A stretch of DNA of 64,000 nt from Pseudomonadota bacterium (GTDB lineage: Bacteria > Desulfobacterota > Syntrophia > Syntrophales > UBA8958). Below, in pieces: positions 19,394-27,255 of the stretch. The translations under genes and the position numbers were made by a program. Position 1 is the first letter of the stretch, and every line of letters begins with the position of its first letter. The stretch covers positions 30,561-94,560 of the forward strand of contig JASGUC010000004.1 in NCBI GenBank assembly GCA_030057915.1, in the 5' to 3' direction. The notes beneath the pieces are model-generated. The model saw only the letters and a list, made by a program, of their open reading frames with translations. It ran no database searches and was not told where the DNA came from.

Positions 19394-20360
19394 GATCCTC
19401 AGTTACAGCCTGGCGATAAATGAAGCCCTCCATCAGACGATGGCGGCAGACCCCGCGGTATTCCTCATCGGCCAGGGGGTGAAGAGCCCCTGGTATGTGG
19501 GCAACACCGCCCAGGGCCTGCGGGAGCGTTTCGGCGACGAACGGGTCATCGACACGCCCGTGTCCGAAAACGCCATGACCGGCGCCGCGGTCGGGGCGGC
19601 CCTGGCGGGGATGCGGCCCGTCGTTGTCCATCCCCGCATGGATTTCATGTTTTACGCCTTCGACCCCATCGTCAACGAGGCGGCGAACTGGCATTACATG
19701 AACGGCGGCCGACTCCCCGTCCCCGTCGTCTTCTGGGGGATCATCAACCGGGGCGGCGAGCAGGCGGCCCAGCATTCCCAGGCCCTGCATGGCATGTTCG
19801 CCCATGTGCCGGGGCTTAAAGTCGTCATGCCGGCCTCTCCCTACGATGCCAAGGGTTTGATGGTGGCGGCGATCCAGGACCGGAATCCGGTGGTCTTCAT
19901 CGACGACCGCTGGCTTTATCGACTGGAAGAACCGGTGCCGGAGGAAATCTATGCCGTGGAGATCGGCCGGGCCCGCATTGCCCGGGTGGGCGCGGATGTC
20001 ACCATAACCGCTTCGTCGTTTATGGTCCGGGAGGCCCTCCAGGCGGCGGAACTGCTGGCGGAGGAGGGAGTGGCGGCGGAGGTCGTCGATCTCCGCACGA
20101 TAAAGCCCCTGGACGAAGCAGCCCTGCTGGCTTCGGTGAGGAAGACCGGCCGCCTTGTCGTCGCCGACGGCGGCTGGCGGTCCTTTGGCGCGGCGGCGGA
20201 GATTGCCGCCCTCGCGGCGGAGCGGGCCTTCGATTCCTTGCGGGCCCCCGTGGTTCGGGTCGCCCTGCCCGATTGCCCGGCCCCGGCCAGTGCCGTGCTG
20301 GAAAAGGCGTACTATCGCACCGGCGAGGACATCATCCGGGCCGTTCGGGGCATTCTCTGA
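19380..20360 (+). CDS. TPP-dependent E1 component, beta subunit (transketolase-like pyrimidine-binding and C-terminal domains)
   Basis: VIDTPVSENAMTGAAVGAALAGMRPVV and EVVDLRTIKPLDEAAL. Start trimmed to ATG 19380 (MSSHRILSY), which overlaps the alpha-subunit stop by 14 nt. Confidence 0.88.
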   Translation: MSSHRILSYSLAINEALHQTMAADPAVFLIGQGVKSPWYVGNTAQGLRERFGDERVIDTPVSENAMTGAAVGAALAGMRPVVVHPRMDFMFYAFDPIVNEAANWHYMNGGRLPVPVVFWGIINRGGEQAAQHSQALHGMFAHVPGLKVVMPASPYDAKGLMVAAIQDRNPVVFIDDRWLYRLEEPVPEEIYAVEIGRARIARVGADVTITASSFMVREALQAAELLAEEGVAAEVVDLRTIKPLDEAALLASVRKTGRLVVADGGWRSFGAAAEIAALAAERAFDSLRAPVVRVALPDCPAPASAVLEKAYYRTGEDIIRAVRGIL

Positions 20361-20382
20361 GGCCGCCATCGTTTCATGATGG

Positions 20383-20503
20383 GAGACCTTGGAAAAATGT
20401 CATTTCGAGGAGCGCGAGCGACGATAAATCCTAATCATGGCAGTTTGTTGAAGATTTCTCCCTTCGGTCGAAATGACGAAAATCGCGGATATTCAAAGCT
20501 CTC
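20383..20503 (+). mobile_element. 121-bp MITE (family 1), copy A
   Basis: Termini GAGACCTTGGAA...TTCAAAGCTCTC are inverted repeats. Internal palindrome GTCATTTCGA...TCGAAATGAC. Flanked by the 5-bp direct repeat GATGG. Near-identical to copies at 28946 and 32452. Confidence 0.85.
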
Positions 20504-20597
20504 GATGGCGAGATTCGGGTGAATCATTGGGGCCGATTGCAAAACCACCGGAAGGCGGCAGGAAAGCGTGGCTTTTCAAGGGGTTCGAGGTTGTCGA

Positions 20598-21947
20598 ATG
20601 GATAGAGAAGTGAAGTTTGTAGAGCCGGCCAAGCTCTACGGGATGATCAAGAAGGAATTGGACGAGGCCTATTTTGAGGTCATGGGCAAGGGCGATCTTA
20701 TCGACCGGGGGCAGTTGCGGCGGTTCGAGGAGAATCTGGCGGCCTTTGTGGGGACTAAATACGCCGTGGGCCTCAACAGCGGCTATGACGCCCTCCACAT
20801 GTCCCTGCGGGCGGCGGGGATCGGCCCCGGCGACGAGGTGGTCGTGCCGGCCCATACATTTGTGGCCACGGCCTCGGCGGTGGTCAATGTGGGCGCAAAG
20901 CCCGTTCTCGTCGATGTGGGGAAGGATTTCAACATCGACTGCGACCGGGTTGAGGAACTCCTGGCGGCGGCGGACCGGGATGGCGGAAGACGGATCAAGG
21001 CCATAATCCCCGTCCATCTCAGCGGCTACATGGCGGATATGGGGCGGATCATGGAGCTGGCGGAGCGATACGGTCTCGTGGTCGTCGAGGATGCCTGTCA
21101 GAGCCTCGGGGCCGGCATGGAAAGGACGCCCGCCGCCGCTTCGCAACCGCCGGCGGAAGGGGACGGGGGGGAGGAGGCGGACGCACGTCGTAAGGCGAGG
21201 CGCGGGCGCGGGAAGTCGGCGGAGCGGAACGTCGATCTTTTTGCAGAAGAAGGGGCGGGCGCCACGCGGCTTGCGGCCATCGCTCCGCGGACCACCGCCC
21301 CTCGCCCGGATGCGCCGGCGCCGGAGGCAATCGGTCCCGCCTGGGTCAAGGCCGGCGCCTGGGGCCTGACGGGCTGCTGGAGCTTTTATCCCTTCAAGAT
21401 CCTCGGCGGTTACGGCGACGGCGGGGCCATCACCACCAACGATCCCGAGGTAGCCCTGTTTGCCACCCGGATGCGCTACAACGGCGAAGACCGGCAGACC
21501 GGGGAATACCACGGGCACGGCTTCACCTGCCTGCTCGACAACCTGCAGGCGGCCTTTCTCGATGTGAAGCTGCGCTATCTCCCCCAGTGGATCACCCGAC
21601 GTCAGGGCATCGCCGCACGGTACCGCGCCGCCCTGTCCGATCTTCCCGATCTCCTCCTCCCCCATTACGACGATCCCCGCCGGGATCATGTCTATCAGAA
21701 CTATACGGTGCGCTCCCGGCAGGGGAACGATTTTTCTCAGTATCTCAAGTCCCGGGGCGTCGAGGTGCTTACCCAGTTCCGGAAGCCCTATTACCGTCAC
21801 GAGGCGCTCAAACTGGAGGATCGGGGCTTCCCCGAAACGGAGGCCCTGAGCCGGGAGGTCTGCTCCCTGCCCATGAACGTGGAGATCGCCGACGAAGAGG
21901 TGGATTATGTCATCTCCGTGGTCCGCTCGTTTTACGGGAAGACTTGA
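20598..21947 (+). CDS. DegT/DnrJ/EryC1-family PLP sugar aminotransferase carrying a ~77-80 aa low-complexity insertion
   Basis: Motifs GLNSGYDALHMSL, GDEVVVPAHTF, VVVEDACQSLGAG, and CWSFYPFKILGGYGDGGAITTND with the PLP lysine. Start trimmed to ATG 20598. Confidence 0.85.
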   Translation: MDREVKFVEPAKLYGMIKKELDEAYFEVMGKGDLIDRGQLRRFEENLAAFVGTKYAVGLNSGYDALHMSLRAAGIGPGDEVVVPAHTFVATASAVVNVGAKPVLVDVGKDFNIDCDRVEELLAAADRDGGRRIKAIIPVHLSGYMADMGRIMELAERYGLVVVEDACQSLGAGMERTPAAASQPPAEGDGGEEADARRKARRGRGKSAERNVDLFAEEGAGATRLAAIAPRTTAPRPDAPAPEAIGPAWVKAGAWGLTGCWSFYPFKILGGYGDGGAITTNDPEVALFATRMRYNGEDRQTGEYHGHGFTCLLDNLQAAFLDVKLRYLPQWITRRQGIAARYRAALSDLPDLLLPHYDDPRRDHVYQNYTVRSRQGNDFSQYLKSRGVEVLTQFRKPYYRHEALKLEDRGFPETEALSREVCSLPMNVEIADEEVDYVISVVRSFYGKT

Positions 21948-22013
21948 GCCCTCCTGACGATGAAGGCCGGAGAGGCCCATAAAGGCGCTGGCCCCGTAAG
22001 AGGTCTTCCCCCC

Positions 22014-22145
22014 GAGACCTTGGAAAATCAGCGCCTTTCGGTCGTCCAGGCAAAACCCGGGGGGCGGGACGCCTGGAAAACACTGAACCCCGGCTTCCGC
22101 CGGCATGGCCTTGAGGTGTCTGACGAGGCATTTTTCAAAGGTCTC
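22014..22145. repeat. ~132-bp terminus-sharing repeat element (MITE-like)
   Basis: Begins GAGACCTTGGAAAATC and ends TTTTTCAAAGGTCTC (inverted termini). Flanked by CCCCC on both sides. Confidence 0.6.
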
Positions 22146-22375
22146 CCCCCGGCATGGGGACGAGCCGAAATCCACCACGTCCGGATCAAGCCGGAGGGTG
22201 GTCTTCCCCCCGGGCATGGGGACGAGCCGCTGATGCCAAGCGATTCGGCCTTTTGGGCGGCGGTCTTCCCCCGGCCTGGGGATGGCCCTGTCGTGCGCGT
22301 TTGGCATGGGGGTCAGAGAAGGGCCGCAGGATTGGCAGCGGATGGCCCCGTCGCGTGCGTTTGGCATCCTGTCCC
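22140..22375. repeat. Degenerate direct repeats in a non-coding spacer
   Basis: GGTCT(T)CCCCCCGG(G)CATGGGGACGAGCCG at about 22140 and 22200, with a degenerate copy at about 22262. GATGGCCCYGTCG(Y)GYGCGTTTGGCAT at about 22281 and 22341. Confidence 0.6.
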
Positions 22376-22532
22376 GAGACCTTGGAAAAACTGTCTCACA
22401 CGTCATGCCGAGCCCCGTATCGTGGTACGGGGCAGGCCCGACCCGGCATCCGGGAAATAGCTGAAAACACTGGATTCCTGCTTACGCGGGAATGGCAATA
22501 TTGAGGCGGGAACGGAGTTTTTCAAAGGTCTC
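22376..22532. repeat. ~157-bp terminus-sharing repeat element
   Basis: Begins GAGACCTTGGAAAAAC and ends TTTTTCAAAGGTCTC. The interior contains a CTGGATTCCTGCTTACGCGGGAATGG-type hairpin module. Confidence 0.6.
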
Positions 22533-22540
22533 ACCGGGAT

Positions 22541-22672
22541 GAGACCTTTGATAATCCACGTTTTCCTTTCGCCCCGGTAAAATCCGGGGTCGGGAACGCC
22601 TTGAAAACACGATATTTTGGCTGCCTCGGGGATGACGAGGGGGACTGGGAAACGGCATTTTTCAAAGGTATC
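22541..22672. repeat. ~132-bp terminus-sharing repeat element
   Basis: Begins GAGACCTTTGATAATC and ends TTTTTCAAAGGTATC. With the previous element it forms the palindrome TCAAAGGTCTCA-ccggga-TGAGACCTTTGA. Confidence 0.6.
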
Positions 22673-22691
22673 GTCCGATAAGCGAGGTTGA

Positions 22692-23852
22692 ATGAATTTA
22701 CGATTGAGTGAACGTCAGGCGTGGGTGCTCCAGTCGGAGATCCGCAATATGTCCATCGAATGCGACCGCCGGGGCGGGATCAACCTCTCCCAGGGCGTCT
22801 GCGACACGGAGGTCCCGGCGGTGGTCCGCCGGGGCGCCCGGGAGGCGATGGATCAGGGGATAAACACCTATACCCGTTACGACGGCCTGGCGGAACTGCG
22901 TCAGGCCATTGCGGACAAACAGCGCCGCTTCACCGGGATGGCCTTCGACCCCGAGGGGGAGATCGTCGTCAGCGCCGGCGCCACGGGGGCCCTGTACTGC
23001 GCCTGCCTGGCCCTTTTGAATCCCGGCGATGAGGTCATCGTCTTCGAACCCTTCTACGGCTACCACATCAGCACCTTGGTCGCTGCGGGGACGACGCCGG
23101 TTTATGTCCCCCTGGGCCCTCCGGACTGGTCCTTCAGCGGGGAGGAACTGGAGCGGGCCTGGACCCCCCGCGTCCGGGCGATCATCGTCAACACCCCCGC
23201 CAACCCTTCGGGAAAGGTCTTCACCCTCGAGGAGCTGCATGCCATCGCCGCCTTTGCCGTCCAGCGCGACCTGTTTGTCTTTACCGACGAGATCTACGAG
23301 CATTTTCTCTACGACGGCAGTCGCCATGTCCCGCCGGCCCTCCTGCCGGGGATGAGGGAGCGGACGATCACGATCTCGGGGCTCTCCAAGACCTTCAGCA
23401 TCACCGGCTGGCGGGTGGGCTACGCCCTGGGCGATGCCCGCTGGATGCAGACCATCGGCCATTTCAACGATCTTGTGTATGTATGCGCCCCGGCGCCCCT
23501 GCAGATCGGGGTGGCCCGGGGTCTCGACGCCCTGGGCGACGATTATTACGAAGATCTGGCCCGACAGTACCTCGTCAAGCGGGACATGATCTGCCGGGCC
23601 CTTGCCGATGCGGGTATGCCGCCCCTCGTTCCCCGGGGGGCCTATTATGTCCTGGCGGATGTCTCTCGGCTCCCGGGGACGACCAGCAAGGAGCGGGCCA
23701 TGTTCCTCCTGGAGAAAACCGGCGTGGCCGCCGTCCCCGGCAGCGCCTTCTATCATGACGAAGGCGGCGAGGGCCTGGCCCGTTTCTGTTTTGCCAAGGA
23801 CGACCCGGTCCTCGCCGAGGCGGCGGACCGACTCCGGACCATAAATGAATAA
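22692..23852 (+). CDS. Class I/II PLP-dependent (amino acid:2-oxoacid) aminotransferase
   Basis: Motifs NLSQGVCD, IVNTPANPSGKVF, and LSKTFSITGWRVGY with the PLP lysine. Confidence 0.85.
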   Translation: MNLRLSERQAWVLQSEIRNMSIECDRRGGINLSQGVCDTEVPAVVRRGAREAMDQGINTYTRYDGLAELRQAIADKQRRFTGMAFDPEGEIVVSAGATGALYCACLALLNPGDEVIVFEPFYGYHISTLVAAGTTPVYVPLGPPDWSFSGEELERAWTPRVRAIIVNTPANPSGKVFTLEELHAIAAFAVQRDLFVFTDEIYEHFLYDGSRHVPPALLPGMRERTITISGLSKTFSITGWRVGYALGDARWMQTIGHFNDLVYVCAPAPLQIGVARGLDALGDDYYEDLARQYLVKRDMICRALADAGMPPLVPRGAYYVLADVSRLPGTTSKERAMFLLEKTGVAAVPGSAFYHDEGGEGLARFCFAKDDPVLAEAADRLRTINE

Positions 23853-25692
23853 GCTGATTCAAAACAAGCATTTCTATTATATGATCCTCATCGATGCCGC
23901 CCTTGTGGCGGCATCCTACATCTGTGCCTATCTCCTCCGCTACGAAGGACGTCTGCCGGACCAGGAATGGCAACAGATCGTCCGGGTCCTGCCCTTTCTG
24001 GCGCCGATGAAACTGATCTGCTTTTCCCTCTTCGGCCTCTACCGGGGGATGTGGCGCTACACCAGCATCGAGGACTTGAAAAGGGTCCTCAAGGCGACGA
24101 CCGCTTCTTCCGCGCTCCTTGCCCTGGCCGTCCTGTACGTCCATCATTTTCAGGGCTACTCCCGGGCGGCCTTCATCATCGACTGGCTTCTCACCCTCCT
24201 TGGCATCGGCGGCGCCCGGATCGGCGTCCGGTTGCTGTTGACGAACAATATGTCCTCCTTCTGGCTGCTGGCCAAAAAAGGGGCCAAGGAAAAGCGCCTC
24301 CTCATCATCGGCGCCGGCGCCGCGGGGGAAAAGGCCGTCCGGGAGATACTGGAGAACCCGGGCTTGAAACTCAATCCCGTGGGCTTCCTCGATGACGATC
24401 CCTTCAAGCAGGGGAAGGCAATCCACGGGGTCCTCATCCTGGGGACGGTGGATGACATGGGCGGCTTGCGGGAGGACTTCGACGAGATCCTCATCGCCAT
24501 CCCCTCGGCCCGGGGGGAGCAGATGCGCCGCATTGTCGCTGCCTGTGAAGAGACGGGCAAGCGTTTCCGCACCATGCCGAGCCTCGGCGAGTTGATCGAT
24601 GGCAAGGTTTCCGTCAAGGCCCTCAGGGAGGTCCGGATCGAGGATATCCTGGGCCGGGACGAGGTGCGTCTCGAAAAAGAGCTTCTAAAAAGATCCTATG
24701 CGGGGAAACGGATTCTGATCACCGGGGCCGGGGGCTCCATCGGAAGCGAACTGGTCCGGCAGGCATGCCAGTATCGCCCCGCCGTCGTCGGTCTTCTGGA
24801 TTTCAGCGAATTCAATCTCTTCCAGATCGAGATGACCCAGCGCCAGTTTTTCCCGGACATCCCCTTTGTCTCCTATCTGACGGACATTCGCGATCTGCCG
24901 GCGGTTCGGAAAACCATCGAGGACTTCCGTCCCGAGATAATTTTTCACGCAGCGGCGTACAAGCATGTCCCGCTTCAGGAGCTGCATCCCCGGGAAACGG
25001 TTTACAACAACGTCCGGGGCACGCGAAACCTTGCCCTGACCGCTTCGGAGGCAGGCGTGGAAAGATTTGTCCTGGTCTCCACGGACAAGGCGGTGCGTCC
25101 CACGAACGTCATGGGAGCGGCCAAACGGGTGGCGGAGATGTTGCTGGCCTCCCTGACCGGCCGGACGGGAACCAATTTCGTCTCTGTGCGTTTTGGCAAT
25201 GTCCTCGGAAGTTCCGGGTCCGTGATCCCGATCTTTCAGCAGCAGATCAGCCAGGGAAAACCGGTGACGGTCACCCACCCGGAGGTCACCCGTTATTTCA
25301 TGAGCATCCCCGAGGCGGCCCAGTTGATCCTCCAGGCCGGGGCCATGGGGCGGGGCGGCGAGATCTTCATCCTCGATATGGGAAAGCCGGTGAAGATCGT
25401 CGATATGGCCCGGGAAGTGATACGCTTGCACGGTTTCGAGCCGGAACGGGATATCCCCATCGAATACATAGGCCTGCGTCCCGGGGAGAAGCTCTTCGAA
25501 GAATTGATCACGGTGGGGGAGGGGATCATGCCTACGTCCCACGAAAAGATCAAGGTTATCAGGGGGAACCAGGGGGATTTTCAGCTTCTCAACGACCAGA
25601 TCGACGCCCTGATCGCCGTGGCCGACTCCTACGACGACAGGGCCATCAAGGAGCAGCTCCAAGCCATCGTTCCCGAATACGTCCCCCAATGA
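23845..25692 (+). CDS. Membrane-bound polysaccharide biosynthesis protein CapD/PglF/WbpM-type (UDP-HexNAc 4,6-dehydratase family)
   Basis: N-terminal TM helices, then ILITGAGGSIGSEL, IFHAAAYKHVPLQE, VLVSTDKAVRPTNVMGAAKRVAE and RFGNVLGSSGSVIPIF. Confidence 0.9.
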   Translation: MNKLIQNKHFYYMILIDAALVAASYICAYLLRYEGRLPDQEWQQIVRVLPFLAPMKLICFSLFGLYRGMWRYTSIEDLKRVLKATTASSALLALAVLYVHHFQGYSRAAFIIDWLLTLLGIGGARIGVRLLLTNNMSSFWLLAKKGAKEKRLLIIGAGAAGEKAVREILENPGLKLNPVGFLDDDPFKQGKAIHGVLILGTVDDMGGLREDFDEILIAIPSARGEQMRRIVAACEETGKRFRTMPSLGELIDGKVSVKALREVRIEDILGRDEVRLEKELLKRSYAGKRILITGAGGSIGSELVRQACQYRPAVVGLLDFSEFNLFQIEMTQRQFFPDIPFVSYLTDIRDLPAVRKTIEDFRPEIIFHAAAYKHVPLQELHPRETVYNNVRGTRNLALTASEAGVERFVLVSTDKAVRPTNVMGAAKRVAEMLLASLTGRTGTNFVSVRFGNVLGSSGSVIPIFQQQISQGKPVTVTHPEVTRYFMSIPEAAQLILQAGAMGRGGEIFILDMGKPVKIVDMAREVIRLHGFEPERDIPIEYIGLRPGEKLFEELITVGEGIMPTSHEKIKVIRGNQGDFQLLNDQIDALIAVADSYDDRAIKEQLQAIVPEYVPQ

Positions 25693-26816
25693 TCGTCGGC
25701 GAAGCATTTAGGTTGCCGGACCGGGTCCGGAAGGTCCTGATCATTCAACTGGGGGATATCGGCGACGTCGTCTGGGCGCTCCCCACCTTCCGGGCGGTGG
25801 GCGCCGCCCTGCCCCGGGCGGAGATCTTTCTTCTGGTCCGGGAGGGGATAGGGGCCCTTTTTGAGGCCGACCCGGTCGTCGCGGGGGTTTTCGAGGTCGA
25901 GAGATTCGCCGGCGATATCGCCGGGCGTCTCCGCCGGCAGGCCGCTTTTCTCCTCCGGGTCCGCAAGGCCCGCTTCGATCTGGTCTTCGATCTGCGGTGC
26001 GACGAACGGGGGGCCTTTATGGCCCGATGGACGGGCGCCCCGTTTCGGGCCTCGCTGGTGGCGACGGACAGCCCCTGGTTCCGGAACCGTCTCTTCACCC
26101 ACCTGGTCTATCCTCCCGATGAAAACGTCCGCGTCCGTCTGGGGGCCAGCGAGCAGACCCTGCGGATCGTCAGGCAATTCGGCATCCCTACCCCCGAAGC
26201 CATCCCCACGCTCACCATTTCCCCGGCGGCGAGGGAGAAAATGAAGGCCGCCCTTGCCGCCCGAGACATCCCCGCCCTCGGCTTCATCACCATGAATCCC
26301 TTTTCCCGCTGGACCTACAAGGAATGGCCGTCCGACCGCTGGCCGGAAATTGCCTCCCGGCTGTTCCGGGAATACGGCCTGCCCGCAGTCCTGGTCGGAT
26401 CTGCGGGGGAGCGTGCCCGGGCCGGGGAGCTGGCGAAGGCCGCCGACGGAGGAATGGTCAACATGACTGGGGAAACGACCCTGGGGGAGCTGGCGGCCCT
26501 GTTGAGTCTCAGCCGTCTCCACATCGGCGTGGACAGCGCCGCCCCCCATGTCGCCGCCGCCGTGGGCACGCCGACCATAACCATCTACGGCCCCTCGGAC
26601 TGGCGGGACTGGGCCCCCGTGGGCGAGGGCCACCAGGTGGTCGTCTCGGACATGGCTTGTTCGCCCTGCCACCGGAAGGGATGCGATGGCCGGGGATGGA
26701 GCCGCTGCCTCGAGAACATCCCCGCCGAGAAGGTCTGGGCGGCGATGGAACAGGCGTTGCGACCCCTGAAAAATGATGCCTTCCCGTCGCCCCGGCGGAC
26801 TTTCCACACCCTATAA
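25689..26816 (+). CDS. Glycosyltransferase family 9 (LPS heptosyltransferase-like)
   Basis: KVLIIQLGDIGDVVWALPTFRAV and LHIGVDSAAPHVAAAVGTPTITIYGPSD. Only the last 375 codons of track ORF 24765-26816 are real. ATG 25689 overlaps the capD stop. Confidence 0.85.
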   Translation: MIVGEAFRLPDRVRKVLIIQLGDIGDVVWALPTFRAVGAALPRAEIFLLVREGIGALFEADPVVAGVFEVERFAGDIAGRLRRQAAFLLRVRKARFDLVFDLRCDERGAFMARWTGAPFRASLVATDSPWFRNRLFTHLVYPPDENVRVRLGASEQTLRIVRQFGIPTPEAIPTLTISPAAREKMKAALAARDIPALGFITMNPFSRWTYKEWPSDRWPEIASRLFREYGLPAVLVGSAGERARAGELAKAADGGMVNMTGETTLGELAALLSLSRLHIGVDSAAPHVAAAVGTPTITIYGPSDWRDWAPVGEGHQVVVSDMACSPCHRKGCDGRGWSRCLENIPAEKVWAAMEQALRPLKNDAFPSPRRTFHTL

Positions 26817-27023
26817 CGGTCAATTTCCATCAATTTCTCCCCAGTTTTATGGTGTGATAAAGACATCGGGGGATACACCCAGGGCCTGAAGAAACTCTTT
26901 TTGCTCCTGTCGCAGTGGCCTCGCATCACTAAGATAAACCAGGTCTCGACAAGCAATGGCCGGCGGTTTTGCAACTGCCGCGAGGGCCTCTTGCAAAGGT
27001 CCCGGGCAAGGAAGAGCCGATTG

Positions 27024-27221
27024 TCAAAGTGTCTCGGTTCCGGCGCTTGGCGGCGGCAGCGGTTTGGCCTCCTCGATGAGCATGATGGGGATGTCGTCCC
27101 GGATCTCGTAGCGGAGCCTGCAGGCATGACAGATCAGCCCGTCTCCGGCCTCCGTGAGGACAATCTCGCCCTTGCACTTGGGACAGGCAAGAATCTCCAG
27201 CAATTCTTTACTTATAGCCAT
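27024..27221 (-). CDS. Trm112/YcaR-family small zinc-ribbon protein
   Basis: LLEILACPKCKGEIVL...LICHACRLRYEIRDDIPIMLIEEA. Confidence 0.85.
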   Translation of the reverse strand: MAISKELLEILACPKCKGEIVLTEAGDGLICHACRLRYEIRDDIPIMLIEEAKPLPPPSAGTETL

Positions 27222-27255
27222 AAATTATCCTCCTTTCTTCTCCCCGCCTTTAGCT

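Noticed and set aside
18416-20360. E1 alpha/beta as an ordinary pyruvate or acetoin dehydrogenase operon that merely neighbours the polysaccharide genes
   Set aside because: This reading is not favoured. The start codon overlaps the sugar-transferase stop, no E2 or E3 genes follow, and both flanks are sugar-modification genes. It cannot be excluded without phylogeny.
19329-20369. Long antisense or alternative-frame ORFs opposite well-supported genes: 19329-20369(-), 22698-23756(-), 25629-26807(-), 28960-30330(+), 35566-36600(+), 36624-37487(+), 40323-41291(+), 43726-45120(+), 46239-47219(+), 47542-48330(-), 50506-51531(-), 52378-53649(-), 61057-61998(-), 63234-63860(-)
   Set aside because: Each lies opposite or out of frame to a gene with diagnostic motifs. 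Their translations are low-complexity (R/G/P/A/D-rich) and lack any recognisable domain, which is a typical high-GC artefact.
20493-22406. 637-aa minus-strand ORF spanning the DegT gene and the repeat-rich spacer
   Set aside because: It runs antisense to a recognisable aminotransferase and then through MITE-like repeats. The translation is Arg/Pro/Gly-rich with no domain signature.
21960-22690. Possible CRISPR array, given the repeated GGTCTTCCCCCC... and GAGACCTTTGAAAAA units
   Set aside because: The repeats are degenerate and of unequal length and spacing, some are inverted relative to one another, and no cas genes or leader are nearby. The pattern fits nested MITE-like elements.
24765-25688. 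N-terminal 308 codons of the 683-aa + strand ORF 24765-26816
   Set aside because: This part is an out-of-frame overlap with the well-supported CapD/PglF-like gene. Heptosyltransferase similarity begins only at ATG 25689 (MIVGEAF...KVLIIQLGDIGD), which overlaps the capD stop.
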